DNA of 64,000 nt, taken from Catajapyx aquilonaris (lineage: Eukaryota). Both the position numbers and the translations under genes were made by a program. The stretch is taken from assembly GCA_000934665.2 (NCBI GenBank), contig KZ537974.1, positions 124,001 to 188,000 of the forward strand, in the 5' to 3' direction. This document shows, piece after piece, positions 1 to 14,112 of the stretch. The notes beneath the pieces were generated by a model. The model was not told the origin of the DNA. It did no database searches and saw only the letters and a program-made list of their open reading frames with translations. How positions within the stretch are numbered: position 1 is the first letter of the stretch; the number at the start of each line of letters is the position of its first letter.

Positions 1-3000
1 CAGTCGATGTTACCCGCCGCCGCAAGATCGTCCGTAAATGGAAGATTCGGTTGGCCGGCTCCTATACGGAAAAGAATGTGTTGCTGCTGCAGCAGGCGTG
101 TAATTACATGGTCTGCTTATGTACACTAATTAGGTCGGGTGGGATGAGATAAGTCGGCTTATCGGCCTGGCCGCAGCCGTTTTCCAGCCCGAGTTCTACC
201 GAATTATATTTAAGTGCGTTTTGTGCAAACAAGTCATTGACGTGTGTCTTGCCTGGAGTAATTGACTTCTCCGAACCAGTGTCGTGCATAATGTTCCGCT
301 TTTTACGACTGCATGATCAAAAATGTACTTTCCAAAGGGCTTAAAAGAATCCACTCCCAGTACAGTTACTGTCACAGTGCCGCTCTTTTTCTGTAAGTCT
401 GAATATGGTACTGTATATACTGCCTTATCCACTTATGGCACCCAGGGGATTTGTTTTACTGTGCTTTATGCCCGGACTTGCAGCACAGTGCAGCTACTTT
501 CACATTAGCAGTATCGCCTTTGATACTGAGCCACTAGAGGATTCTAATTTTTGAACAGATGTAGACAAAATCTACCATGGCACTAATATTTCAAGGGTCA
601 GTTTATCTCACATTGTCGTATGGTGGTAGCAATGTTGTTATCCCAGTGAGTTTGAGTCATTTATGATTTGTAAATCAAGATGATCATCAGTGAACGCATA
701 TATGTAAACAGAACCCGGCGATAAATCGACTAACGTTTGATACGTCTGGATAATTCAGAATATTATTACCGAGAACGTTGTAATGTACATATTGATAGAA
801 AAATGTCTACTGACTTGGAAGAGTAATCTGGAGGCCAGACTTAAATGTACACAAAGCTCAGTGTAATTTAACCGAACCTTTGCAAGCTCCAGCACCGTAG
901 CAAAGCAAATTTTAACACAAATTACTCCACTGCGCCAAAGGCTTTTGAACGAAACTTTTATACTCTTACACCGTAATTCCTTTATTGAAGTCAAAAAGTC
1001 TGGCAGTCGAGAACAGAACGTCCTCCCAGTGACATCCGAGAAAGGCCAAAAAATTCGTCGATAGGGAGCAATAATTTGGCACTGGAAGGACAGGTGTCCA
1101 TGCAAATATGGCCCAGATATTGGGACGGCTGTTCATATTTTATATTTTCTCACTTGGAAAAAAAAGGAGGACAAAAGGAGCGCCAGCCTTCTGCGGAACG
1201 GAGCATCTGATAAATCGCATTAAAGGACACGTTAAAAAACGCGCCAGGCGAGAAGTGGCGAAGACTTTATTGCCTCGTAACATCCAGAGGAGAGCTATGG
1301 TGTATAAGACGGACCCCAAAAAAATGAATGTACACATGCAGAATACATCTATTTTTTTTTAAGTACGGCCTTGTACCGCAGTTATCGAAAAACACTTCGC
1401 GTCGAAATCATTTCAGCTGTAGGTGGGCGGAAGTAACGAATCGGCTATAAATGCAATCCGACCATGTCCGTGAAAATAGTTAGCATTCCGCTCGGTAACA
1501 GTTGGAGCCCTAAACGACGCTATTAATTTGGTGAAACGTACAACAAAGCGAACGCCCTGCCAGTATAAGGACTCGGGTGTGAAAAGCCCAGGCGTGCGTG
1601 AAACATAACAATGCAGATGGCCCTTTAGACCCCACATCTTTTTTGGGGGTTGAGCTGGAGAAGGCGGGATTTTGCGGGATAGGACTGCAATATTTCAATA
1701 TATCGATTTTGATGTTGAATTTACGATATATCGATAGAGTGAATGCGATTTGATATTTGTGCATAATAGTCTTGGCTCATATTTATACCCGGCTCATGTT
1801 CGCTTCTCGTAGCTATATAACCGATAGCCTTAATAGGAGTGTAGGCGATGTTGGAGGAAGAAAGGTTAGTTGAGAGTTGGAGCGTGGCAGATGGTAGGGG
1901 TATTAAAAGTGGGGCCTACCCCTTTGTCTGCTCTTCCTGTGATGTCTGGAGGCATATGGTGCTCGCCTTGCAAGCTGGTTGTGTGGCCTTGTAGGCCGAC
2001 ACTTGCTGCTCCGGATGCAGTCGCCGACCAGCCTTTGAATGCCGTTATTTGAAAAGAGCTTTCGATCTTTTTAAACCATCATAGGTGCAGCCTCCAGGGG
2101 CTCTGTTCGTGGAATCCGGCTCTTAGATCCGGCGCAATACCCGGTTGTCACACACAAACGGCAGTATATGGCGAAACCTAATTAGGCAACTTGGAAGACC
2201 AGTATGTGAGAGGAAGTTCACCCCTGAAGATGCGCGAATCCTAATAGATCTGGCCATGTTGGCTCCACTGGAAATAAACGCAGGGGCCGAGCTCAAACTC
2301 ATCAACCGGTTGCAGGGAATGTTAATGGGTTTCCATTGGTCCGGTTATACGAGGTGGAGGATAGGAGGATGCTAAAAGAGAAGTGGGGAGGACCTGCATT
2401 CCTGGCGAAGAAGCCGCATCTTCGCCTCGGGGGCTGCTGGGGAATTTGAAATGGGAATTTTGGCTCCAGAGGAAAAACAACCCTTGGAGGAAAAGTTCCC
2501 CCGGAATATTAAAAAAATGACTTCGCCTCATTTCACAGGATCATTTATCACTGGGCGTTTTCTCCCGGAGGATGAACACGGTCAACGTTTGCAAGCCAGG
2601 AGGTTTTGCATGGTGGGGGGTTCTGGCCAAGCACTCCTTCGGGCCCCACAAAAATCTGTTGGCGTTGTGTGCATTTTCCGGCGGAGTTGCCTCTTTCTTA
2701 CTGCCAAGGTCTGCCTCGCAGATAGGCCCTTATCGGTCTTTCAAAGTTGCCGTTGTCGCAACGGCCCAGAGGATTCCAAGAGAAAAATGATCGCAAAGGA
2801 ACGGGGTCCTAGGAGACACTCGTTAATTCTCGAAAAGGAAAACTCCTGCACAGGCAGTCGACTGCACACATGATGGGCTTGCACCGTACCCTGGAGTCTT
2901 GCACGGTAATTGCATCACTCAAAATGCATCAGCCTACACGAATTGAATTGCAAATTTTTGCAGTAGAAGCGTTAATATAACTGTTTTCTACCGATAATAA

Positions 3001-6000
3001 AAATATTTTAACGTCACTTTCGCTTTGCAAAGTTTACAGGTGAGGTAGCTCTAGTGGAATGAGGCTATGTCACATCCGGTCCAATGAAATTCAAGTTACG
3101 GCCCCAGATTTTACCAATCGCAACACGCATATGCTTTTGTCCCAATTACACCGGCGGATGAGCGTAATGAATGACTCCCCCCGCTCTGCCAGAGTCACCG
3201 ATGTGTAATTGCCAGGTAACGCCACCCCTGTTAGCAAGTTCCTTGAAAATACAAAACGGGCCCCAAGTTCTTGAGAAAGTTTCCGTATACCTTTGCCGAC
3301 TAGAGATTTCCGCATGACTAAATAGCTGAAAGGGTATGGCGGCTCGGGAACTGTACGTAATGGAGTTGGCGGCATAACGATCATGTTCTTGGGGCCGTTA
3401 GGCGCCTGTTTATGTAGAGCTGAACGGAAGCCAAGGTAAACAAGGTCAGAGTGCGGAACTGACGATATTAGCCTGCCACCAAAACCTCGATTTTCCTTCC
3501 GGAAAAGCCCGGAGACCTAGCGGCCGGAACTGTGGAGAAAGCCAACTCTGTGAAGCTTCTGATGCTGGCGGGGGTATACATAGAGAAGGTCCAGGTCTAA
3601 TTGCCGCAACCGTCGAAAGGAGAGGCGCAAATGTGGAGGGGACGACTTCCTTTGCACAGGAAGCCTTCCCAATTTGTTCAGTGTAGCCCCCAAATTATCC
3701 TGGGGCCAACAGAGGGATAAAGTTGGGGGACCCCTGGAATATAAGGAAAGTCAGGGGCGCAGTTTCCGCCTCGTCGTCGGATTCTCATTGATTAAAATCA
3801 ATTGTGTAGAAGAGCTATCAAAAATTTGGGACCGTCGGGTAATCGGATGAGTGAACGCCCAACTCCGACTCGCATTTTCGATTGACTTCCATTCCTCAGC
3901 ACAAAAGTTAAATTGGATGAGCCTGGCCGCATTTGCATGGAAGATGGCGAAGATGTGGACGGAGGAGAATTCGTTTCAAAAGGGAGGGTTAGTATAAAAG
4001 GACCCTGGACCTACCCGACTACGGACGATGTTGATTGTCGCTTTTGTCGGGATTCTGCCAGGAGCGTGTCTGCCTGGAAGAGTTACAGTGCTGGAGACAA
4101 AAGAAAATCCGGCGATATAACGAGTAGAATTATTATCGGGCAAGTTGTAAAGCATTACAGTATACTGCAGTTGGGTTTGTTCCGGAACAAACTACACTAG
4201 GAAAGTTTGTCAAGCAACTGTAAATCCAGTTAGGCTCACAATGGCTTCAAAACCTTTTTATCGGAATGTTGGTCTCCACTGCTGTCGGTATACCGCATTC
4301 TTGGCAAGTGACCGAAATTGAAATAAATGGCAATTATTTGGCACGCATATGAAATTTTACACTCGACATGCAGTAAATTGCTTTTAGCCCCAATGGCAGA
4401 CCGCACTTCAGCCGTGACACACCCATTAGGCTTTTCGTGCTCCTTCAAACGTCGTTACCAGATATTGTCACCAGACTCTCCACCACCTCATTAAACTTCC
4501 AACCCCTTGGTTTGAGAGATGGTTCAGAAGGTCATGCGGTTTTCCGTCTCGAGTTTGCTCGGTTTCCTCCCTGGACCACCGTCGACTTATTGGGTAAGTG
4601 CTATAGGCCTCAACCAAGTCGTGATCCATCCCCCCAATTTGTGGTGGCAGTATGGTAAGGGTGGACCGGTCCACTCGACCGCACCTCCCAAACATCTATC
4701 CATCCGTCTCACTTGGCCTGCTTCCACTTGGCTGGACCGCGATTCCTTCCCAAGGACTTCCGATTCTTTAAAAATGGTCTCTTTGTGCTGGCCACCCCCA
4801 GAAGAAGCCAATCGTGCGAAGGGCTCTTCTTTTTTTTTTCAACTGGTGAGACATGGAAGCTGGGTGGGGGAGAAATCTGGAATCTTCCTGCCGCCTTCAC
4901 CTACTCTGCAGGCCGAGTGCTATTTCCAATTTCTCCGTTTCCGTGGACAAAATCCCGGAGGAAATGGCCATACTCGGGTGGAGATGAGGGAGGAAATTGG
5001 TGTTAAGAAAAATGGGGGTGGGGGCTTGCCGGCACTTGGCCCCCTTGCTGCGCTGCATTTCTCCTCCTTTTGTTCCTCGAGAAGGACTAATCGAGCCACC
5101 ACCGGATTCCCTTTGACTTCGCTGGCCCGTGAAAAGAGGACGAATTCTTTGGGTTTGTTTCGACGGTTCATTAGCGGTCCAACCCGGGTGCTTTGTAACT
5201 CCATGGGGTGAAAGTTTTTGGGGTCAATATGTGCGATTGCACGCGTCAGGAAGTGTCAGCACTCTAGCGAGGCTGGCGGTGCATCTTAACCAACCAATTA
5301 GGCATTGAACTAAAGAAGAGCCAGATGATTATGGGAAGTTGAGTTAATGGCCCATTCCGCCGGTAATAATCCCACCTTTTATAAATCATCTAGTTTACCT
5401 TATGGTGTCAGATAAATCCGTGCTTCACAGGGAGATGACATATGAGGCGGTTTAATGAAACCGGATCACCTAAATTGAATTCTACGGGGCCGAATTATCG
5501 CTGGGAAGCGATCTTTGTAGCCAGTCTGTTTGAAGGGGTTCAATTACACAACCCTGAGGCTTATGAAGAGATGGGCTCACTGGAGAGAAGGATGGAAAAA
5601 ATTTTTGACTTGGAAAATCTCTCATGGGCCGGCCTACGCCTTGTGAATGCAAAGGGTAGAATAAGGGTTTGCCAGCCCGGATAATTAGTATTGAAGAGGG
5701 CTATTATTTATCCGATACCATAGAAGGTCTTTACGGAGGATAAAATAGAAGCAGGACCAGGTATTGTATTGAAAAGTGGTGCACGTTTGAATAGAGCCGG
5801 AATTACCTCTTTTGAGGTCTTTTGTGCGGACTAGCTCGGAGGTAAAATAATTGTCTTTTTTTTTCTTCTTTGAATTTTGAAGCGGTTTTTGTAGTCGTCA
5901 AGCCTCGCAAATGCTGCCGGTTGGCTGGCATCTGCAGTGCTATCGTGTAAAGTTTTTGGCGAGCACTTTTTGCCAGCGGTATTGAAACTTGTTGACTGTC

Positions 6001-9000
6001 GAGCAAGTACATTTTTGTAAGGATCCATGCTGTCAACGTAATTGGAAAAATTCAGAAGTAATGAAGCAGAACTAAAGTTTTCGAATTTTTGATTATTTTT
6101 GTTATCTGAAAAGCTTCTGGGGTTCGCGTATTGAAAGCAAACTCTTGTTACTGTACTGTAATCTCACTTCGCATTGAACAGTCCTTTTTGAGAATTTTGG
6201 TCTCAAACACTTTGATTACAGTAACCGTCCTAAAAGAGTACTATGCATTGCATCTGTCCAAGCGAGCATAGTAAGCTATTTTCTCAGTTCTTTGACTGAA
6301 CATAACCTTGTCAGGACTGCTTCCATGAACAGCACCAAAACAACTTCAAACAAGACTGAAAAGATGCCGGAGGAACAAAGCGATACATTACAAACTAGGG
6401 CGCAAAAATAAAGTTTCTAAGATGGCAAATCCTACCTGGCTGGGTTTATAGACCAGAAAGCATCCGGCATGATTTCCAGTGGGAGTCTGATGCAGAAGGC
6501 TCAGAAAGGGAAAGAAAAGCCTCTCCTAACTTATTTTCTCGGTGCGCCCCATTTTTCTCCATTTCTTCATCTTGCCCTAGGAGGAAAAGAGAGGGTACGT
6601 GGCCCCGAGCCTCTGAGCGTGCTTTCAGAAGTTTAAAAAAAAAAATCGCCTCCAAAATGGGTGTTTCTGCAAATGTGAGGCTTATTCGCTCGTTATCATG
6701 ACCTCGATATCAAGGGTGCCAGACAAAAAATTGGGTAGAAAAACAAGCAGTGAATGCCCATTTCCTGGAGTCTGGAAATCTTGGCAGAATGTGCTGTTAT
6801 TTTTTGGTAGCTAACTAGGCCCACTTGAGAACAAAATTAGAACATAGTCGGTACAGGTGTTTGGCTTTAATTTTTCATAACGATTTTATGATACTCTGTT
6901 CATTACCGTACTGATGGTATTAAAGAAATTTAATCGTTATTCTATCGATCGCATTGTGAATATGTCGATGATTTTTGGATGACAATAGCAGGTCTGGCGA
7001 AGGAGTAGTCGACCCTGATTACACAGCAAATGTTTGAAGGCTATTGAAGCTATGAGGTTTTTTTTGCCTTTGCTTTTCAATAGGGCACTGGCCAAAAAAT
7101 ACAGTAAAAGGGAAATGTAGGTTGAAATATTCAGCAGGTTATTGGACAGGAGATAGACATATGTCAATTATTGCACGGAAATTAATACGCGAGTTGTGGG
7201 CCCGGGATGAAAATGTCAGTAACCGTATTGGAAAGAGGCATTTGCTTGCATTTGTTCGTTAAGTTGCGGTTGGCTTTACTTGCAAAATGAGCTGCCAATT
7301 GGAGAATGAGAATCATATACGAGTGTGTGGATTTAGCTGCCCTGCCGGTGTCATTTTTGGATGAAGCAGTGAACTATACTGTGCATGTTGATGACCTGTA
7401 AACAATTAGTCACTATCAATGGACTCTTCTACACTCTCTTGAGCCCGTCAACTGCAATCATAAATTGCCTTTGACACTTGATCCCTTCATTCGCTGGGTT
7501 GTAGGAATTTAATTTATGGCTCGCAACAACCACCATGAAAAATGCGCTATCAATAGCCCAACTTAGCATTAATGAACCCTCTCCCAGGTACGAACTATTG
7601 TGCAAGAGACATAAATCAAAGTCATATGTGAAACGGTTCCAGATTACTGCATATGGGGTCGCACTTTGTCGCCAACGAGAACTGGGTCAGTCTGCATAAG
7701 CAGACACATACTGTAGTTGGCATTCCTGAAATTAGCTGAATTATGCAGTATTGTAAACGACCTGCTCGGCTTGTGGGGCTTAGGCGAGATGGGGGTGGGG
7801 GCTGGGGCTGGAATTCCGGCGTTGCTTTTGACAGACCGCCTGTCATAACGAACATGCTAATCAATACGTGCGCAGTTACATTTCCACATGTATGCCCATT
7901 TAGTTGCATTTAAATTGACCGTAAACAGGGCACACGCTCACCTTTTGTGTGGTCTAAGGTTCATTTGGTAAGATAATCCCAAACTGACCCTGCCCAATTC
8001 TGGAGGCTAATTAGAGGCCAGATGCCCTGCATTTGCATTCCCATTGTGCCCTATAATTGCAGCAGGAAGCGTCTTCCTACCGCAGTGGTTATAACGGCCT
8101 ACTATACAGGACCCAGACTACGCTTAAAACAAGCCTCGACCTCCAAGTCCATTTTCACATCGTAAAATGTAGAAAGGGCAGGCAAAAATTAGCTAAATAT
8201 TCTGACGGCCTAGTGACACACTAATCTGAACTCTGGCGGCAGCTTTGTTTACTAAACCAAACCCTGGTGGCCAATTTCCGCACTAATCCCACCTCTGGCG
8301 GGCAAACTCCCCACTAAAAACCCAATTCTGCCTTTTGAAAGTCTGACACAAAAAGTAGTGTATGTTCACAATTTATGTGGCTAAAAAAAGTCTGGAGTTG
8401 CTGAGTGCGATAAAGCATAGGATGTGTGACGCATAAAATGAGGCACGTAGTTATCGGATAGGAAGACGCAGGGCTTGGCAGAAATTATCGGTTGTGCGGG
8501 CAGAGGGTTGGGTGGCAAAAAGCCGATGCAAAGCAGATAGGCGACTGGATTTATAGCCCGTTAGCACACACGGCTTGCAAATCGTTTCGCCAAGCCAAAT
8601 TCCTAATCGGAGCCTGCAGGAAGAGAGAACGAGAGAGAGAGAAGCCGAAGGAGATTTATGGGCTAGGATTTCGCGGAGGAGCCTGGAGAATTGGGTTTCT
8701 ACAGGGTTACGGACCTGGTCAAGGTCAATTCCGGGCCTTATTTGTTTGTTGCGCATGACTAGGGAGTGAATTTTCCAAGGGGCTGCCTTTGGTTTTGGTA
8801 AAGGCGTCTGCAAGGTCGGAACAGTGTGCGGTCGCTTTGTGCTTTCGACATACGTAGCTTAGTGGTCTAAACTAGTGTTGCTGTCAGTTATATCGGGGGG
8901 GGGGGGGGNGGGGCTTATTCAGTAAAGCTGCATTCTAGGAAATTGTTAACCGATTATAGACCAGTACTGCGTAGTTTGGACCACATTCAATTACGAGCAT

Positions 9001-12000
9001 CCTTTTGGCGAGGATAAGTCAGTTGATGTAAATAATCAACGAGGTTAGCCACTGCACACGGGAGGCTATAAATAAATTGAAGTTCCTAGTTGGTAGCCTG
9101 CTGAAAACTTTCTGAGGCTTGCGAGATTAGGAGCTATAAGTACAGCCTTTTTTGTACTTGCGCAATGTTCTTCGTTTTATTTGTCCAGGCAAGATTAGGA
9201 TTACATTTTAAATTAAGGGCCTGCCAGCAAGTGAGGAGATTAAAACAAAGGCGTCTGCCTTACAAAATTTACCCTCGAAAGAAATGCGCAGTTGAAAACT
9301 TTTGTCTGTTTTTGGGGAGCCCTATATCCGAGCAGCCCCAAGTCAGACATCCGATATTGCGTTCACTAATGAACTTAACCCTGCCGTAGTGCAACATTAT
9401 CGAAAGAATCCTTAGGTAATTTACGGAGGAGGGTTTTTAAATTACAAACTTGAGCGAGTTTGATGTGGGGAGACTGGAGGTGAAGCAATATTGGTCCGGG
9501 GCTATAATGGAAGCTGCTTGTACTTGAGCCGCAATCAAGTTTACTCCACTCTGTGCGAATATGCTGGCGGCGAATTGCAGTCTGTTGGCTCAACCCATGT
9601 TTATTCGGCAATCCGAACCTATGGAGGTGACGCCTTACAAAAAAAAAACTATTTTTGTAACCAAATATAAATTTTCAAAGGTAATAATTTTATCCTCCTT
9701 TACCAATCCGATTTTCTCTCTCTTTTTTTCTGCTTCCATCTGCACGTTTGCTATATAGCGTTCGATCACTGGATGAGTTATGCTTCAGCTGGAACTAATC
9801 CAAAGACCTAATGTCTGGGGCTGCAGCACGGCTCTTGCCGGCTATGAATTCGAGAGAAATAAGGGGCGGAACGTGCAGGAGGAAATAAAGTAGCTGTTGA
9901 ACTTTCTGTTTGCGTAAAAGTGAGTACTAAGAGAGCGCAAAATTACCCCTGACTCAGAACATTTCTACATTTACACACACTTTTAGGTCTTTAATTGTGC
10001 AGAAGACCCCGTAAACGAAGTGCTGATGTGACCTTTTCTCGACATTGGGTCGTTATCTCCCTGTTTTTTTCCCCCTACTTTGTGAAATTTGTCATTGAGA
10101 TTGAACCAGTGATTAGATCCATTCATTAGAGTGGCCAATTAACTGGTTATTTAGTAAACTGAGGGGAGTCCTTTCAGGTGAATATAAGCAGAGTAGGACT
10201 GGCTGCAGGAGTTGGCTGGGACTCCTGCTGCTGCTTCCTGGGACCATTAACCAGGCTGCGAAGGGCCAATAAGCTGGCAAGTGTGGAGCCAGGGGAAGTA
10301 TTAATTCCCAGCCGGGACATCGGCGGTGCAAGGAAGCAGCGAATGAAAAGGACCCCGTGCTGTATACTTCCTCTTTTCTGTGCCTGCTGGGAAATGAAAT
10401 TGAATAAGCAAGGAGGCGGAAGAGGCAGGCGAGGGAGGAGGGGGGATGTAATTGGCCTAGGAACATGTTCTCCTGTGTGTTGCCCTAATTTCCATTGGTG
10501 TTGATGTTAAGAAGGGCCCCGAGTAGCGTTTTCATAAAATCTTCCTTAGGGACGATTAAACTGGGGGAAGAAGCTTCGAGGCATTTTTCGCCCTTCACGA
10601 AAAGTCGACTGCGGGGGCAATAAATTGTTCTCTCGCTTGGGGGACTGCTGCATACTTGATCAGTTTTCGTGGAGGGAAAGTTGGGAGTAGGCCTAGGCTC
10701 CGGTCCCCATGCCCGAAATTAATTTCTGCCAACGAAGACAAAGTGGATGCAGTGACTCCGTTAGCAGTCTCTCCTCAATATTCACGCTCAGCTTCACCTT
10801 TGTCAGGATAACTCACAGCCATCCGGGGAGAAAGTTATTACTCCTCCATTTCGGGGGTATCTAATTGGCCAAGTTGTTTTAGGTGTGGAGATGGATGGAT
10901 TAGGAGGGTCTGGAGGATTATCTGGGTCTGGCCAATGCTTATACACTGTAATGGATCAAACTTTGTGGGTTAAGATTATTCCTTATGTGCTTGAGCAAGA
11001 TGGCCTTGCCAGAGTGGACCGCTCTTTGGTGGTAATGTCTATTGGGAGGGGTGCCAGCCGGATCCATCTTCTGACAGGAATACTCCAGTGCTGGATGCTG
11101 CTGCTGGTGGGTTGAATGGGCGCGTGGTGGTGAAAAGGGAAATTCCTGTGCTGGCTGATAGGCGGCGGTCCAAGAGGCCATGTCAAGTGTCAGATGAGCG
11201 AGTAGGGCTCTTTGGAGCGCGGGATTTTAGGACCGTTGGTTGGTCGGCAGCCCCCCCCNNNCCCCCCCCCCCCTACCCCGATCCTTCCTTTTTTTTTCCC
11301 GGAGAAGACCCGATTTCACGCTTCGGGATTCCTCTCCTGGGTTTAATCTGGAAAAGTAACCGCTGGCGTGCGGATGTATCCTGGAGCAGATTTTCGCTTG
11401 GGAGACCAGTTTGGACCATTCCACCCCATCGCTTTAGCTCCGGAACATGACTCCGCGAAACACTCATTTGGGAAAGGGGGGAAAAAACACATCGGTACGT
11501 GACCTACCTCACCCTGCGCCGAAAGGTGCCCACGTGACGGTTGCAAAAGTCCGAAATTTTCCAATTTCAACGGCTTATCCCCACAGGCTGAACGGACAAG
11601 ACCAAAAGCTACGTGTAGCTGACCCGAATCCGCGTCTGATTAGCATAGGAAATGTAGCGCGTCCCAGTTGGTAGAAAGGGGATTGAAGTGCAGATGGGGT
11701 GGTGCGTTGCTTGAGAGCAAGAGTCCGGTTTGGTGGGGGGTGGGAAAAAGCCTCTTCCCTTTGAGTTATACCCGGTTTGAATGCGGTGCTATGTGTGCTT
11801 TGGGCCGGGACGAAGCGCAATATTTTCCGGGCTAATGCCTGGAACTACACGCTTCAATTTCCTTAATGCACCGCCCTGTTTACTACACTCGCTGGCCGGA
11901 TCTCCTTTGGCGCCATTCTCCCCATGCACGAATAATTGGGTTGAAGATTACCATGCATTAAGAAAGCTGGTTATATAAAAGAAACCAAAGCTGGAATACG

Positions 12001-13840
12001 ACGTCTTTAATATAATTATATCTACCCCAGAGCTGCCATTGCGGTTTCCTTTTTCACACTCGGTGTGTCCCGTGTTGACCCGTCCGGGCGTTACGCATTA
12101 ATTCGGACGCAATTAACGCGCCAGATTAGACCACTTGTTTATGTGGCGGAGGGATTAATTAGTTTATGGCAGGGCACCCCCGTAATTACCGATGCGTGTG
12201 GGGAGCTTCTGGTTCAATTCAGTGTGTGTACCACATGTGCAGGCATTTCCGTTCGGCTTGCTGAGACAGATGCGTCAAACAGCTTTCCGCCCTCTGTTTT
12301 CGCCGAATTGCCCTTTTTAAATATTACACGCGCCCGCATTACCTTTCGTGCTAATCAGAAGCGTTGAATTACCAGAATGTATGAGATTTCCGAAATGAAT
12401 ATGTTTGCTTCCTAGACCTGTCAGCTACTTTGCAGGATCAGCCATGCAGGTTGCCATAAGGCAATTAACTCGAATATGCTTTGTTGCAATATAACTAACT
12501 TGAAATATTAGCGTATTTTAATAAATCCCGAGAGCCCATAATTTAATGCACGAATATGTAAACTTTGGCTCTAGGCCTACATGCATCAGTTGGGAAGCCA
12601 AACAATGCTCAGAACAATTGTGCTTTTCGCAATATTAGACGAGTTGTAATAATAATGGAATGCAAACATTGGCAACAACTTCAGCTAGTATAAACATCAT
12701 ACTGCTACTGCGCCATAAGGCACAACCTGGCCGAACCAGAAACACCATCGAAAACGCTGCACTGCAGATTGAAACATTTTTTTTTGAAGTAGGTGAGAAA
12801 TAAAACTGGTGGTAGCCTGATGGAAAATGGAGTCGAGCGTAAACCCTTCCGATGCTCCTCCGAGACTCTCAGCTCCTATAAAAAGTGTGTATATAAAAAA
12901 ATGGTATAGACTCCCCCCCCCCCTCCCCGCAAAAAAAAGCAACTCTGAGCGACGATGGGGCTGTCATAGCTGAAAGAGAATCTGCGCGATGGGACGGGAC
13001 AGGCTTTTTGGCCTGAAGAAGAGGAGACATTGTTGGGATGGCGGCGAGAGGGAAAAGCTCTTCTCCCCGCAGCCATGACTAATCGCTGGGCTGGGAGAAT
13101 CCCGCGGACTTAAAGTAGGCTAAGTGAGCAGGCTCTTGCTACACAATTTAGGTTCCCCGCGCTTTGATTTAGAATAATGCGGCCGATGCGGTTAGGAAGT
13201 TGCGGAGCAGAACCGAGGAAGGAGGCTAGGCTGGGATGGCCAGAACCAAAAAGCCCGGATTTGCCCCGGAGTAGGAAACGGTTTTCATAACATGCTATTC
13301 GTCACGGACGGTAGACGCCTTGATTATCATTCGGCGGTGCAGGCAAATCCAGTTTTGGCTCTACGACTATTCCGGAACTGTCCCGGGTGTGCAACAAGGT
13401 GGGGTAAAATGTATTTGTTGTTGGGTAGGGCATTTTTTTGAGGGGTAAAGGGAAATGTAATGCGATGAATATGCATGGTATATGTCAAAGAGTGATTTTT
13501 CTTATGGTTGTCTAGAGAAAATATGTTTTTAAAATTATAGGGCATTGAACAGGGTGGAGCATGTTTTGTTTAAGTACTGTTTGGTTTTTAAATATTTCAA
13601 ACAATGGCGCTCCTATGTGGATTTAGTAGCGTGTACCGAAGAAAAAGTTGGGTCAAATTTAGTCCCGCGGCCAAAAATCAGACAGAGCACCGCCTATATA
13701 ACGCATTTTGCATGCAAAAGCGATATTTGAACACCACCTAACTTTCGGTGCAAATTTTATATCAGAGCTTGACTTGGCAGCCACAATTTCGAACATTTTT
13801 TTTCTGCCAATGGAAAAAAAAAGGATTCCAAGACCACTGT

Positions 13841-13991
13841 TTCATCCTGGAAGTCCGCTAACCTAAGCGCTTCTCTTGTCGAACCGTCCAGACTAGATAT
13901 CAGGGGTTTGGTTGGTCACTATTGTGCCCCTGAATTGTATAGTGTATGAAGAACAAGAGAGACCCTTAGGTTAGCGGACTGTCAGGATGAA
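13841..13991. mobile_element. Foldback / MITE-like element with long inverted arms
   Basis: Arms 13841-13879 and 13953-13991 are reverse complements at 34/39 positions; extra inner pairing TCAGGGG/CCCCTGA. No clear TSD. Confidence 0.6.
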
Positions 13992-14031
13992 CCTTTACAG
14001 TCATGACAAAAATTCATTGAGAATAATCACC

Positions 14032-14110
<79 letters not shown>
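14032..14110. repeat. (TAT)26 perfect trinucleotide microsatellite
   Basis: Uninterrupted tandem TAT for 79 bp. Confidence 0.97.

Positions 14111-14112
<2 letters not shown>

Noticed and set aside
4519..5211. 230-aa plus-strand ORF, the longest in the first 40 kb
   Set aside because: No recognisable motif or cadherin signature; overlapped by several other open frames, typical of chance ORFs in GC-balanced DNA.
6520..6810. Possible DNA-transposon relic
   Set aside because: Only a vague compositional resemblance; I could not find TIRs or a TSD.
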